In this document: positions 47,141-57,767 of the stretch, in pieces | How positions within the stretch are numbered: position 1 is the stretch's first letter | Layout: each line of letters opens with the position of its first letter | NCBI GenBank assembly: GCA_963816345.1 | Contig: CAWFKI010000005.1 | Span: forward strand, 1,695,572-1,759,571 | Origin: an uncultured Bacteroidales bacterium | Lineage (GTDB): Bacteria > Bacteroidota > Bacteroidia > Bacteroidales > VadinHA17 | Direction of reading: 5' to 3' | Length of the DNA: 64,000 nt | Notes under the pieces: generated by a model | Database searches by the model: none | Told to the model about the DNA's origin: nothing | What the model saw: the letters and a program-made list of their open reading frames with translations, nothing else | Made by a program: the position numbers and the translations under genes

Positions 47141-48460
47141 ATGAAAATAATGAAATTCGGCGGCACTTCAGTAGGAACTCCTGAGAGGATGAAAGCACTG
47201 ATACCGTTAATAAGCGACGACGACAGAAAGATTGTTGTGCTCTCTGCCCTGTCCGGAACAACAAACAGCCTCGTTGAGATCACAGAGTTACTCTATGCTG
47301 ACAAGATCGGAGAAGCATCGGTTAAAAACGAGGAATTGAGGTCGCGGTATCACGGAGTTGTAGATGATCTTTATGCCACGGATGAATTCAGAAAATCGGG
47401 TCATGAACTTATTGATTCCCATTTTGAATATATAAGGAACTTTACCCTCAGGGTTTTTACCAGGCTCCAGGAAAAAGCTATTCTGGCCCAGGGAGAACTT
47501 ATATCCACCTCATTATTTCAAATGCTGCTGCAGGAAAGGAAGATCAGATCAGTTCTTCTTCCGGCATTATCCTTTATGCGTATTGACAAAGACGGGGAGC
47601 CTGATGCATTTTATATCAGGGAAAACATCAGAAGAGAACTGAAGAAATTTGCCTCGGAAAAGATTATTATCACACAGGGCTATATTTGCCGGAATGCCTA
47701 CGGGGAGGTCGATAATCTCAAAAGAGGCGGAAGTGATTTTACGGCTTCTTTGATTGGCGCCGCATTAAAAGTCTCGGAGATCCAGATATGGACAGATATA
47801 AACGGGTTTCATAATAATGATCCGCGCTTCGTTGAAAATACCGAGGTACTGAGGGAATTATCGTTTGATGAAGCTGCTGAACTTGCATATTTCGGTGCGA
47901 AAATTTTACATCCCTACAGCGTGAACCCTGCCCGGGAAAAGAACATTCCGGTCAGACTTAAGAACACAATGGAACCTGAGGATCCGGGCACTCTGATCAC
48001 ATCAGAATGTAAACTTCAGGATTATAAGGCAGTAGCTGCAAAGGACGGAATATCTGCATTAAGGATAAAATCTGCCCGTATGCTGATGGCATATGGCTTC
48101 CTCAGGAAGGTATTTGAAATATTTGAGGCTTACAGGACTCCCATTGATATGATCACGACTTCGGAGGTCTCAGTCTCTATAACCATAGATAATCCTCAGT
48201 ATCTGAACGAGATCGCAAAGGATCTGAGGGAACTGGGTTCGGTAGAGGTTGAAGAAAACCTGTCGATAGTCTGCATTGTTGGGGATTTCCGCACTGAACG
48301 GACCGGTTCTGCCCCTGAGATTTTCGAAGCACTGAACACTATACCCCTCAAGATGATCTCTTACGGGGGAAGCCCAAACAGCCTGTCGCTGCTTATTGAC
48401 ACAAAGAATAAGACCAGGGCCCTGAGACTGCTGAGTGAACATCTTTTTAACGCTTTTTAA
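47141..48460 (+). CDS. lysC: aspartate kinase
   Basis: 439 aa. MKFGGTSVG start, SALSGTTN, RGGSDFTA, and C-terminal ACT domains. Confidence 0.95.
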   Translation: MKIMKFGGTSVGTPERMKALIPLISDDDRKIVVLSALSGTTNSLVEITELLYADKIGEASVKNEELRSRYHGVVDDLYATDEFRKSGHELIDSHFEYIRNFTLRVFTRLQEKAILAQGELISTSLFQMLLQERKIRSVLLPALSFMRIDKDGEPDAFYIRENIRRELKKFASEKIIITQGYICRNAYGEVDNLKRGGSDFTASLIGAALKVSEIQIWTDINGFHNNDPRFVENTEVLRELSFDEAAELAYFGAKILHPYSVNPAREKNIPVRLKNTMEPEDPGTLITSECKLQDYKAVAAKDGISALRIKSARMLMAYGFLRKVFEIFEAYRTPIDMITTSEVSVSITIDNPQYLNEIAKDLRELGSVEVEENLSIVCIVGDFRTERTGSAPEIFEALNTIPLKMISYGGSPNSLSLLIDTKNKTRALRLLSEHLFNAF

Positions 48461-48481
48461 TAGAACTCAGATGACACTGAT

Positions 48482-48520
48482 GGCACAATGGCGTAACGGC
48501 GCAATGGCGTAACGGCGAAT
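48482..48520 (+). repeat. octamer array GGCACAAT GGCGTAAC GGCGCAAT GGCGTAAC GGCGAAT
   Basis: Exact 8-bp period. Same unit class as 37269-37295. Confidence 0.9.
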
Positions 48521-48563
48521 TACACCTGGTCTGTTACAAATCGGCGCCAGCGGGGCAATGCCT

Positions 48564-48605
48564 GCGCCCCGTGCCCTGTGCCCCGTGCTCTCTGCCCCGT
48601 GCTCT
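48564..48605 (+). repeat. heptamer array GCGCCCC GTGCCCT GTGCCCC GTGCTCT CTGCCCC GTGCTCT
   Basis: Exact 7-bp period. It abuts the stop codon of the permease gene. Confidence 0.9.
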
Positions 48606-50198
48606 CTATTCCGGAGTGTTTTGTCTGATCTTGCTATGCTTAACACTGTAAAAGAAGTAGATTACAAATCCTATCGCCATCCATATAATAAGCCTTAACC
48701 AGGTATCCAGTGGCAGTGCTGCCATCTGAATGAAGCAGATCGAGGCGCCAAGTATGGGAACAAGGGGTACCATTGGGGTTTTAAAGGGACGTTCAATATC
48801 GGGTTTTGATTTTCTTAAAACTATTATGCTGATGCAGACTATTATAAACGCCAGCAGGGTACCAATTGATACCAACTCGCCAAGGATTCTTATCGGAAGC
48901 ACACCTGCAATTATCATGGCAACACTGCCTGTTATAATTGTACTTACATAGGGAGTTTTGAATTTCGGATGTACCTTTGAAAAAACAGGGGGCAACAAGC
49001 CATCCTTTGACATTGAGTAAAATATCCTCGGCTGGCCCAGAAGCATTACGAGAATTACCGAACTTAGTCCTGCTATAGCAGCAATTTTTACAATGGGTCT
49101 GAGCCAGAACATCCCCTTACCCATAGCATCAACACCAACTGCCACAGGATCAGCCACATTTAAAGTAGTATAGCTCACAATTCCTGTAAGTACGATAGCA
49201 ACAAGAATGTATAAAACTGTTGAGATCCCAAGCGATCCGAGAATTCCTACAGGCATATCGCGCTGAGGATTTTTGGCCTCCTGGGCTGCTGTTGATACTG
49301 CATCGAATCCGATATATGCAAAAAATATCACTCCGGCCCCTCTCAGTACACCGCTGATACCATATTTTCCGAACTCATGGCTGTATGCCTGAAGCCAACC
49401 CCAGAATGAGCCATATGCAGATATGGGAGTATTTTCAACTTTGTTGGCGGGGATAAACGGGTGCCAGTTAGCTGACTTGACAAACATGAATCCCAGAGCA
49501 ATAAAGAGTATTATTACCGACACCTTCGTAATTACCATTATGTTGTTGAAATTTGCCGATTCCCTGATACCAATCACAAGAAGGGTCGACAAAAGCGCCA
49601 CAATGAACATGGCAGGAATATTAAGGACACAGGTAACATGAGTTAATGAATCAACCTGTAATCCTGATGCCGAGAGGGTCTGCACAAGGGTATCCGAAAG
49701 CGGCTTCCATCCCATATCCGGGACGTTTACAAGGACAGTCCCCACGGCTCCCGTGAACTGCGGCGGAATGAAAATGTGCAGGTCCTTCAGAAAGCTGACA
49801 ACATATCCCGACCACCCTACAGCAACAGTTGAGGCTGCAAAAAGATATTCAAGTATCAGGTCCCAGCCGATAATCCATGCAAGAAATTCACCAAGGGTGG
49901 CATACGAATAGGTATAGGCGCTTCCTGCAATAGGGATCATAGATGCAAACTCTGCATAGCATAATCCGGCAAAGCCACAGGCCAGACCTGAGATAATAAA
50001 AGATAAGACAATCCCAGGACCGGCGTACTGTGCAGCCGCCTGTCCGGTAAGTACAAAAATGCCGGCACCGATTATCGCTCCGATACCTAACGTTGTAAGA
50101 TTCAGCGCTGTCAGTGATCTTTTTAAACCTCCTGACTCCTGCGATTCACTGAATAATTGCGGAAGTGGTTTTGTTAGAAATAGCCGGCTTTTTGACAT
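48606..50198 (-). CDS. APC-superfamily amino-acid permease (cationic amino-acid transporter-like)
   Basis: 530 aa, about 12-14 TM. LTTLGIGAIIGAGIFVLTG is typical of the APC family. Confidence 0.9.
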   Translation of the reverse strand: MSKSRLFLTKPLPQLFSESQESGGLKRSLTALNLTTLGIGAIIGAGIFVLTGQAAAQYAGPGIVLSFIISGLACGFAGLCYAEFASMIPIAGSAYTYSYATLGEFLAWIIGWDLILEYLFAASTVAVGWSGYVVSFLKDLHIFIPPQFTGAVGTVLVNVPDMGWKPLSDTLVQTLSASGLQVDSLTHVTCVLNIPAMFIVALLSTLLVIGIRESANFNNIMVITKVSVIILFIALGFMFVKSANWHPFIPANKVENTPISAYGSFWGWLQAYSHEFGKYGISGVLRGAGVIFFAYIGFDAVSTAAQEAKNPQRDMPVGILGSLGISTVLYILVAIVLTGIVSYTTLNVADPVAVGVDAMGKGMFWLRPIVKIAAIAGLSSVILVMLLGQPRIFYSMSKDGLLPPVFSKVHPKFKTPYVSTIITGSVAMIIAGVLPIRILGELVSIGTLLAFIIVCISIIVLRKSKPDIERPFKTPMVPLVPILGASICFIQMAALPLDTWLRLIIWMAIGFVIYFFYSVKHSKIRQNTPE

Positions 50199-50239
50199 CT
50201 GGATAATTTGATAGGTTGTAGTTCATAGTTTAATTATTA

Positions 50240-50247
50240 CAAACGTA
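50240..50247 (-). promoter_or_regulatory. -7 box (TACGTTTG) upstream of the permease gene
   Basis: The minus strand reads TACGTTTG, 42 nt upstream of the ATG at 50198. Confidence 0.35.
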
Positions 50248-50371
50248 GCTTTTTTTTTGTAAAAAAAAATTATTTAATCTTATGTAAAGGGACAAGATTT
50301 TGCTGAAATTGCGTTTTTAAAATTCTTAAGATATTATCCTGCTTTTAGCTCAGAATTTAAACTGTAACAAA

Positions 50372-51067
50372 ATGAACAGAACCCTCCTTTTACTGCTGTC
50401 ATCTGTTTTGATATCATGCTCCCCGGTCAGAAAATATCAGAAGCTTCCTGAAGTACTCTCCTGGGAAAATGAGATTCAGAAATTCGAACAGCTCGACAGG
50501 AGTGAGAAATATCCCGGCGATGCTGTACTCTTTGCAGGAAGTTCAAGCATAAGATTGTGGACCTCCCTCGACAGGGATATGGAGCCTTACACTGTAATCA
50601 GACGAGGATATGGAGGTGCAAAGCTGAGCGATTTTGCGGTTTATGCCGGCCGGATAATTGCTCCTCATAAATGCAGGGCAATTCTGTTATTCGTTGCCAA
50701 TGATATCTCAGGCGGTAAGGATGATAAAAGCCCCCGCGAAGTCGGAGATCTGTTCCTGAACATTCTTAAGACAATCCGAAAAACACACCCTGACACCCCG
50801 GTATTCTGGATAGCTATTACTCCTACGCCTTCAAGATGGAGCGCCTGGACTGAAATTGAGAAGGCTAATGCCAGGATCAGGAACATCTGTGAGAAGAGGA
50901 AGAATACCTACTTCATCCGCACGGATTTTGCCTTTCTGGATGAATCTGGCAAACCACGAAGAGGATTATTCATGGATGACATGCTGCATCTGAACAAGGA
51001 TGGCTACGCAGTCTGGACTGAAATAATTAAAAAGGAGCTGATGAAAGTTGTTCCGGTAAAGAACTGA
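50372..51067 (+). CDS. SGNH/GDSL-family hydrolase (lipoprotein)
   Basis: 231 aa with lipobox LISCS. Block I FAGSSSI, block II GYGGAK, block V DDMLHLN. Confidence 0.85.
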   Translation: MNRTLLLLLSSVLISCSPVRKYQKLPEVLSWENEIQKFEQLDRSEKYPGDAVLFAGSSSIRLWTSLDRDMEPYTVIRRGYGGAKLSDFAVYAGRIIAPHKCRAILLFVANDISGGKDDKSPREVGDLFLNILKTIRKTHPDTPVFWIAITPTPSRWSAWTEIEKANARIRNICEKRKNTYFIRTDFAFLDESGKPRRGLFMDDMLHLNKDGYAVWTEIIKKELMKVVPVKN

Positions 51068-51120
51068 ACAACTTTCATTTATTCAATTCCTGCTCCAGGG
51101 AAAAGGAACGCTTTTCACAT

Positions 51121-51861
51121 TCATTTATTTACCCTGCGGTTATACAGATCCCTCCAGTTTTGAGTATCTGTCCCGGTTTGTACCTGTTCCGGGGCTTTCC
51201 TCTGCAGTTTCCTGATAACCATCTCTCTTGTACCTCCTGCTGTTCCTTTGGTATGCACCACATAATCTACCCATGCGGTAAACCTGTTTATCTGGTGAGG
51301 TATTATTTCGGGTGTGCGGACAAATCCTATATCCTCTGCACGCAGTGCGTAATTATCATAATTCTGTTCCCACACATCAACATAGTAAACAAAGGGATCA
51401 AGACCTGAAAATACGACTATTCCATTCTCATCAGTAAATCCCTCATAAACGCTGTTAGTCTGGTTATCCCAATCGGTAATCGTGGGATAGAGAATCACAC
51501 TTGCAGCCGGAACTACTAACTGATCATAATATTCAGCCACCTCAATTTCAAGCAGTGTCGGAATGACGACATTGAGAGTAAGGGAGGAAACAGACTCATG
51601 TCCGCTCTTGGAAATTGCAGTCAGCCTGACTTCAAATGTGCCGTTTGCAGCAAAAATATGAGTCGGATTCGGTTCTTCCGAAATGTAACCGTCTCCGAAA
51701 TCCCATTCAAATCTGTCTGCATTCTGAGAATCATTGTAAAAGTATACGGTATTGCCTACAACAGGCTCATCAGTATCGGTATGAAACCCTGCCTCAGGTG
51801 TTTTTTCACAGGAATACAGGATCATGGAGAGGAACAGGGTAAAGTAAATTATCTTTTTCAT
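51121..51861 (-). CDS. PKD-domain lipoprotein
   Basis: 246 aa with lipobox LYSCE. PKD signature FEWDFGDGYISEEPNPTHIFAANGTFEVRL. Confidence 0.8.
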   Translation of the reverse strand: MKKIIYFTLFLSMILYSCEKTPEAGFHTDTDEPVVGNTVYFYNDSQNADRFEWDFGDGYISEEPNPTHIFAANGTFEVRLTAISKSGHESVSSLTLNVVIPTLLEIEVAEYYDQLVVPAASVILYPTITDWDNQTNSVYEGFTDENGIVVFSGLDPFVYYVDVWEQNYDNYALRAEDIGFVRTPEIIPHQINRFTAWVDYVVHTKGTAGGTREMVIRKLQRKAPEQVQTGTDTQNWRDLYNRRVNK

Positions 51862-52093
51862 ATGGTTGATAGTTAGAGTTATATAATGAATAATTAAAAT
51901 ATATGCTTAAATATTTGTGATCGGTGTACCGGTTGCAGGGTTCAGGGCAAAAATCCTGCCAAAATACAGCCATGCAAATTTAATCTTTGGAGAAAAATCA
52001 GGTTTCTGTCCAATTTATCCGGGTAGAATAAATTAATGCAGAGAAAATCAATATACCCTGAACATTTTAGCTCCCGGATTTAAAAATTATAAT

Positions 52094-52101
52094 TATTTTT
52101 G
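52094..52101 (+). promoter_or_regulatory. -7 box (TATTTTTG) upstream of thrS
   Basis: TATTTTTG matches TAnnTTTG, 26 nt upstream of the thrS ATG. Confidence 0.4.
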
Positions 52102-52126
52102 CACTCCATTAAAACTGGCAATCAAA

Positions 52127-54067
52127 ATGATAAAGATAACTTTTCCTGACGGAACAGCAAGAGATTATAAGGAAGGCATCACAAGCCTTGAAATTGCTGA
52201 TCAGATCAGTCCACGGCTTGCAAAGGAGATATACAGTGCCACTGTAAACGGCGAGATATGGGATCTTACAAGGCCGATCAATAAAAATGCCACAATAAAG
52301 CTTCACAAGTGGGATGATGAAGCCGGGAAGCATGCATTCTGGCACTCCTCTGCTCATCTGATGGCTGAAGCACTTGAATCCTTATATCCGGGTATGAAAT
52401 TTGGTATTGGTCCCGCCATTGAAAACGGATTTTACTATGATGTGGACCCGGGTGACGATAAAGTTATAACAGAGGCTGACCTGCTTACAATAGAAAACCG
52501 GATGAAGGAGCTCGCAGCTAATAACCTTACTTTTAAAAGAAGAGAGGTGAGCAAAAAAGAGGCTATGGATTTCTTCACTAAGAAGGGTGATGAATACAAG
52601 GTCGAACTGATAAAGGAACTTGAAGACGGTACCATAACATTATACACACAGGGGAATTTTACTGACCTCTGCAGGGGACCTCATCTCCCATCGACCGAGC
52701 CTCTTAAGGCGATAAAGCTCTTAAGCGTAGCCGGTGCCTACTGGCGGGGAGATGAAAAACGGAAAATGCTTACCCGGATCTATGGCATTACCTTCCCGAA
52801 ACAAAAATTACTCGATGAGTATCTTGTTTTCCTTGAGGAGGCCAAAAGAAGGGATCATCGCAGGATCGGCAAGGAACTTGAATTATTCACCTTCTCCCAA
52901 AAAGTAGGGATGGGTCTGCCATTGTGGCTTCCAAAGGGTTCCGACATCAGGCAGAATCTGATTACATTCCTGACAGGGGTGCTCAGGAAAAGAGGATACA
53001 AGATTGTGACAACCCCTCATATCGGCAATGTGAATCTGTACAAGACATCAGGCCATTTTGAAAAATACGGGGCAGACTCCTTCCAGCCTATATCAACTCC
53101 ACAGGAAGGTGAGCAGTTCATGCTTAAGCCTATGAACTGCCCGCATCATTGCGAGATCTACAATTCCACACCTCACTCATATAAAGATCTCCCTCTGAGA
53201 ATGGCAGAGTTCGGGACAGTATACAGGTATGAACAGAGCGGAGAACTGCATGGTCTTACACGGGTCAGAAGCTTCACCCAGGACGATGCCCACCACTTTT
53301 GCCGTCACGACCAGCTGAGGGATGAGTTCAAGAATATTATCGACCTTATATTATATGTCTTCAGGATCCTTAATTTCAATGAATTTACAGCTCAGGTATC
53401 ATTACGTGACCCGGATAACAAACAGAAATATATCGGATCAGATGAAAACTGGGAAAGGGCTGAGAGGGATATTATTGAGGTCGCAGCGGAAAAAGGCCTT
53501 GAGACCACCGTGGTTAAAGGTGAAGCCGCTTTTTATGGTCCGAAACTTGATTTTATGGTCAGGGATGCCATTGGAAGAAAGTGGCAACTTGGTACTATCC
53601 AGGTGGATTACAACCTCCCCGAGAGGTTCGATCTTACCTATAACGGCAGCGACAACCAGAAACACAGACCGGTAATGATACACCGGACAATCTTCGGATC
53701 ATTGGAACGCTTTGTGGCAGTTCTTATTGAAAATACTGCCGGAAAATTTCCGCTCTGGCTTGCCCCTGAGAAAGCCGTCATATTACCCATAAGTGAAAAA
53801 TTCAATGATTATGCCTCAAAAGTTTTGGAAATCCTAAATAATTCCGATATTTGCACTCTGATTGACGAAAGAAGCGAAAAAATAGGTAAGAAGATAAGGG
53901 ATAATGAATTAAAGAGAATTCCCTACCTGCTTATTATAGGCGAAAAAGAGGTTGAGAGTGGTACAGTTTCTGTCAGAAAGCAGGGAGAAGGCGATAAAGG
54001 GAGCATGAAAATTGAAGATTTTGCAAAATTTATTACCGCTGAGATCAGCAAAGAAATTGCAGTTTAA
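52127..54067 (+). CDS. thrS: threonine--tRNA ligase
   Basis: 646 aa. TGS domain start MIKITFPDG, editing-domain HSSAHLMA, class II motifs ([31 protein letters not shown]). Confidence 0.97.
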   Translation: MIKITFPDGTARDYKEGITSLEIADQISPRLAKEIYSATVNGEIWDLTRPINKNATIKLHKWDDEAGKHAFWHSSAHLMAEALESLYPGMKFGIGPAIENGFYYDVDPGDDKVITEADLLTIENRMKELAANNLTFKRREVSKKEAMDFFTKKGDEYKVELIKELEDGTITLYTQGNFTDLCRGPHLPSTEPLKAIKLLSVAGAYWRGDEKRKMLTRIYGITFPKQKLLDEYLVFLEEAKRRDHRRIGKELELFTFSQKVGMGLPLWLPKGSDIRQNLITFLTGVLRKRGYKIVTTPHIGNVNLYKTSGHFEKYGADSFQPISTPQEGEQFMLKPMNCPHHCEIYNSTPHSYKDLPLRMAEFGTVYRYEQSGELHGLTRVRSFTQDDAHHFCRHDQLRDEFKNIIDLILYVFRILNFNEFTAQVSLRDPDNKQKYIGSDENWERAERDIIEVAAEKGLETTVVKGEAAFYGPKLDFMVRDAIGRKWQLGTIQVDYNLPERFDLTYNGSDNQKHRPVMIHRTIFGSLERFVAVLIENTAGKFPLWLAPEKAVILPISEKFNDYASKVLEILNNSDICTLIDERSEKIGKKIRDNELKRIPYLLIIGEKEVESGTVSVRKQGEGDKGSMKIEDFAKFITAEISKEIAV

Positions 54068-54115
54068 AGAATAACAGTAAATTTAGTATTAACAAAAAAG
54101 AAGGAGGAAAGAGCT

Positions 54116-54664
54116 ATAGCTTTACCAATCAGGCGAAGCCCGGCAAGGGTTACCCAGCCGGCTCACAAAATTAATCAAAGGATCACTGCAAAAGTGGTCA
54201 GGGTTGTCGGTGATGAAGTAGAAGCAGACGTAATGAGTATTCAGGATGCTTTGCGTATGGCTGATAACCTGGAACTTGATCTGGTGGAAATTTCCCCGAA
54301 TGCAGATCCTCCCGTCTGCAGAATAGTTGATTATCAGAAATTCCTGTATCAGCAGAAAAAAAAGCAGAAGGAGATTAAGGCTAAAACATCAAAAGTTGTA
54401 GTAAAGGAGATACGATTTGGTCCCAACACTGATGATCACGATTATAAGTTCAAGCTTAAACATGCAATGCGGTTTCTCGAAGAGGGCGCAAAAGTCAGAG
54501 CTTATGTGTTCTTTAAAGGCCGTTCGATCTTATTCAAGGAACAGGGAGAGGTACTGTTGTTAAGATTTGCCAACGACCTCGAAGAATATGGCAAGGTTGA
54601 ACAGCTTCCGCGCCTTGAAGGGAAAAGGATGATAATATCCTTCTCACCAAAAAAGAAAAAATAG
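54116..54664 (+). CDS. infC: translation initiation factor IF-3, probable non-AUG (ATA) start
   Basis: The ORF track starts at GTG 54194, but the frame is open back to the thrS stop. It encodes [18 protein letters not shown], the conserved IF-3 N-terminus. AGGAGG (54102-54107) lies 8 nt before ATA 54116. The rest is typical ([19 protein letters not shown]). Confidence 0.8.
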   Translation: MALPIRRSPARVTQPAHKINQRITAKVVRVVGDEVEADVMSIQDALRMADNLELDLVEISPNADPPVCRIVDYQKFLYQQKKKQKEIKAKTSKVVVKEIRFGPNTDDHDYKFKLKHAMRFLEEGAKVRAYVFFKGRSILFKEQGEVLLLRFANDLEEYGKVEQLPRLEGKRMIISFSPKKKK

Positions 54665-54690
54665 TTTTTTAATATATCTGATATAGAGAA

Positions 54691-54888
54691 ATGCCAAAAA
54701 TGAAGACGAATCCCGGTGCAAAAAAGAGATTTACTCTGACCGGAACAGGAAAGATCAAACGTAAACATGCATTTAAAAGCCACATCCTGACAAAAAAATC
54801 AACCAAACGTAAGAGAAATCTTACCTATGCAGGTCAGGTTCACAAGACAGATCTTAAAAATGTCAAACTGATGCTGGCAAGTAAATAA
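54691..54888 (+). CDS. rpmI: 50S ribosomal protein L35
   Basis: 65 aa. [14 protein letters not shown]... Confidence 0.95.
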   Translation: MPKMKTNPGAKKRFTLTGTGKIKRKHAFKSHILTKKSTKRKRNLTYAGQVHKTDLKNVKLMLASK

Positions 54889-54982
54889 ATGTAACACGGT
54901 TTGAGAGAAATTTATAGTACTAACAGATTGTTCAGCTTTTAAGAGTCATTTAAATGACCGCTGACATTCAAAAAAATGAGTT

Positions 54983-55327
54983 ATGCCAAGATCAGTAAAT
55001 TCAGTAGCTTCAAGAGCCAGAAGGAAAAAGGTTCTTAAGCAGACGAGAGGTAACTTCGGATCAAGAAGAAATGTTATCACAGTTGCAAAAAATACCCTTG
55101 ACAAAGGTTTAGGGTATGCCTATCGCGACAGGAAGAAAAAGAAAGGTTTGTTCAGGGCATTATGGATCCAGAGGATCAATGCCGGAGTACGTCAGTACGA
55201 TATGAGCTATTCAGAGTTCATTGGAAAAGTAGCAAAGAAGGGAATAACACTTAACAGGAAAACGCTGGCTGACCTTGCCATGAATCATCCCGAAGCCTTT
55301 AAAGCTGTTGTGGAGAAAGTAAAATAA
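54983..55327 (+). CDS. rplT: 50S ribosomal protein L20
   Basis: 114 aa. [19 protein letters not shown]...RDRKKKK... Confidence 0.95.
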   Translation: MPRSVNSVASRARRKKVLKQTRGNFGSRRNVITVAKNTLDKGLGYAYRDRKKKKGLFRALWIQRINAGVRQYDMSYSEFIGKVAKKGITLNRKTLADLAMNHPEAFKAVVEKVK

Positions 55328-55353
55328 GATACATTAAGAATATTAAAAAAAAC

Positions 55354-55385
55354 CGTCTCAGATATTGATCTGAGACGTTTTTTTT
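55354..55385. terminator. bidirectional intrinsic terminator between rplT and lepB
   Basis: CGTCTCAGAtattgaTCTGAGACG followed by T8 and preceded by an A-run. The flanking genes are convergent. Confidence 0.7.
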
Positions 55386-55421
55386 GTGGAGTATTTCACC
55401 ACAGTATGGCTTTATTAGAAT

Positions 55422-56811
55422 CTATCGTACTTTCATAAACATCCTTCCAAGCCTGATCTTCTTTATACCAGTTGCTTCCTTATCCAGTGAGAGCCAGATG
55501 AACTTTGGCTTTCCAACTATGTGATCCTCCGGCACAAAACCCCAATACCTTGAATCGGCTGAATTATGACGGTTATCCCCCATCATCCAGTAGTAATTCA
55601 TTTTAAATTTATAGCTGTCAGAGGGTACATCATTAATAAATATCTTATCACCTTCCACCCTAAGCTTATTTGCTTCGTAAACCTCTATAATACGTTCGTA
55701 CAGACAGAGATTAGAGGTGTCAAGTTTTACGGTGGCTCCTTTGGCAGGGATCCATATAGGCCCATAATTGTCTTCATTCCAGGCGTAAACCGGATTATAT
55801 GGGAAAATATGCGGAGCGAATTCACCTGCCCTTGCAATAACCGGCGATACCTCTGTAACATTGGAAAACCTTGAAATAGTCTCAGCATTTGACTTTGTCA
55901 ATGGCAAAAGATAAGCCGAACCTGAGATCATTGTCTGGTCAGATCTGGAGATGTCCAGCCGTTCAAAGGCTTTTGGATTGATTGTAGTGCCGTTTGTCTG
56001 AACCACATATGTGGTCTGCTGGGTCGGATTATCAGGTACAACCTTTCCGTTCAGGTAAAGAACAGTGCCTTTGATGATAAGCGTATCACCAGGTATTGCA
56101 ATACATCTTTTGACATAATTATCCCTCCTGTCGACAGGACGGTATTCGATTGTGTATTTTGAGCGGATATCATCCCTTGCCATCCTCCATATAGTAACTT
56201 AAAGGCTTTACGGGTGAGCCGCCGTAACTATCCCTGGATCTCAGTTCCCTGGCGCTCCTTCTTACAATCTCATAATAACTTGTAGCAGTCTCTTCAAGTA
56301 CAACAGTATCGCCGGCCGGAAAGTTAAAGACTATGGGATCATTATTTTTTACATTTCCGCAGCCTGCAAGTCTTTTATAAGGCCATATGATAAGATTTGA
56401 CCACGATTTTCCCCCGGTAAGTGGCATCGTATTCTGGGTAAAGGGAAAGGCCAGCGGCGTATTCGGCATTCGCGGTCCGTATGCAAGCTTGCTGACAAAA
56501 AGATGATCGCCTACAAGCAGTGATTTCTCCATTGAGGGTGTCGGAATCCGGTAATTCTGAAAAAGGAAAATGTTAATCAGTGTCACTGCTATTACTGCAA
56601 ATATCAGCGCGTCAAGCCATTCTATAAAGGCGCTGTTCTTGCCATGACGCTTTTTCCAGAATGTCCAGTTTACCTTTTCACTGATATACAGATCATAGAT
56701 TATTCCCAGGCCCAGCAGCAACCAATAATTTCCGATCCAGATAACTACGAGGATATAAAGAATTGCCACAATCGCAAACCTTATATTTTTTTTTGAAAAT
56801 AATTCCTTCAT
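55422..56811 (-). pseudogene. lepB: signal peptidase I, split by a single frameshift (or sequence error)
   Basis: The N-terminal ORF (56170-56811) has the TM anchor and Ser box PTPSMEKSLLVGDHLFVSK. The C-terminal ORF (55422-56183) has the Lys box YVKRCIAIPGD and GDNRHNSADSRYWGFVP. The two frames overlap at 56170-56200. Confidence 0.8.
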
Positions 56812-56850
56812 GATTAATTGTTTTAGAAGCGGTAAAAGTAAAAATAATTA

Positions 56851-57567
56851 TCAGAATCCCATTACATCATTCATTGTGAATATTCCGGTCCTTGCTTGAA
56901 TATACTCTGCCGCTACTACGGCTCCCAGTGCAAGCCCCTTTCTGTTTTTTGATTCATGTCTGAGACTGAGGGAGTCAGTCTCCGAATCCCAGAGTACAGT
57001 ATGTATTCCCGGAACATTACCCTCACGGACCGACCGTACCGGAATGCAACCCTCTGAAATATCATTTTCAAAACACCATTTTGTGTACCCGGAATGGTTG
57101 CCGGCAATCCCTTCCGCAAGAGTTATTGCAGTTCCGCTTGGTGCATCAAGCTTTTTTGTATGATGGATCTCTTCAATAGAAGCACCATAGTTGCGGTACC
57201 TGTCCATCTGCCTTGCCAGTTCTGCATTAAGCCTGAAAAGAATATTAACCCCGATACTGAAATTTGTCGAGTGAATAAAGGAGGTTCCTTTCTTTTTGCA
57301 AATATCTGCAGCTTTCCCGTAATTCTCAAGCCAGCCCGTTGTACCCGAAACAACAGGAACAGATAACCCAAGACATTTTGAAATGTTATCAAATGCTGCG
57401 TCAGGTGAGGAAAACTCAATGGCAACATCAATACCTGTGAGATTTTTCTCTGACAGATCCTCTGTATTATCCTGATCTACAATAAGTTTAATAACATGAC
57501 CCCTTTTAAGCGCTATAGCTTCAATTTCATGGCCCATCCGTCCATAACCAATAAGTGCAATGTTCAT
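56851..57567 (-). CDS. dapB: 4-hydroxy-tetrahydrodipicolinate reductase
   Basis: ORF 56851..57624. I start at MNIALIGYGRMG (Rossmann motif). Also EIHHTKKLDAPSGTA. Confidence 0.92.
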   Translation of the reverse strand: MNIALIGYGRMGHEIEAIALKRGHVIKLIVDQDNTEDLSEKNLTGIDVAIEFSSPDAAFDNISKCLGLSVPVVSGTTGWLENYGKAADICKKKGTSFIHSTNFSIGVNILFRLNAELARQMDRYRNYGASIEEIHHTKKLDAPSGTAITLAEGIAGNHSGYTKWCFENDISEGCIPVRSVREGNVPGIHTVLWDSETDSLSLRHESKNRKGLALGAVVAAEYIQARTGIFTMNDVMGF

Positions 57568-57706
57568 ATAACTAATTTTTACTAAATTACCTGTTTTGAT
57601 ATTTTGTACATCATTAATATTCAAGAAAAATCTTTATGTGAGGTAAAATTTTACTCAAAAAACAATTTTATTATATATAATTGCAGTGCCTTCAGATTTT
57701 CTCCTG

Positions 57707-57767
57707 TAATTTACAATCATGTGTGGTTACCTAATACCGTTAAAATCAAAATTATACAATGATGAAA
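57707..57767 (+). repeat. 61-bp leader/start region, partner of 12138..12198
   Basis: taatttacaatcatgtgtggttac...ataccgttaaaatcaaaattatacaATGATGAAa. Here it includes the true start of the amidohydrolase gene. Confidence 0.85.

Noticed and set aside
51862-52126. Regulatory leader (T-box or thrS operator-like) upstream of thrS
   Set aside because: No specifier or T-box sequence and no anticodon-like stem-loop was recognisable. Only a TAnnTTTG box is supported.
55328-55421. Structured ncRNA downstream of rplT (a Bacteroidales-type RNA motif is reported downstream of L20 genes)
   Set aside because: The gap is only 94 bp. It is accounted for by a simple bidirectional terminator hairpin plus a weak 4-bp stem. 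I cannot verify any larger conserved structure by eye.
56170-56200. Programmed ribosomal frameshift in lepB (and at the other single-frameshift junctions)
   Set aside because: No slippery heptamer or downstream stimulatory hairpin is visible at the junctions inspected. An indel or sequencing error is the simpler explanation.
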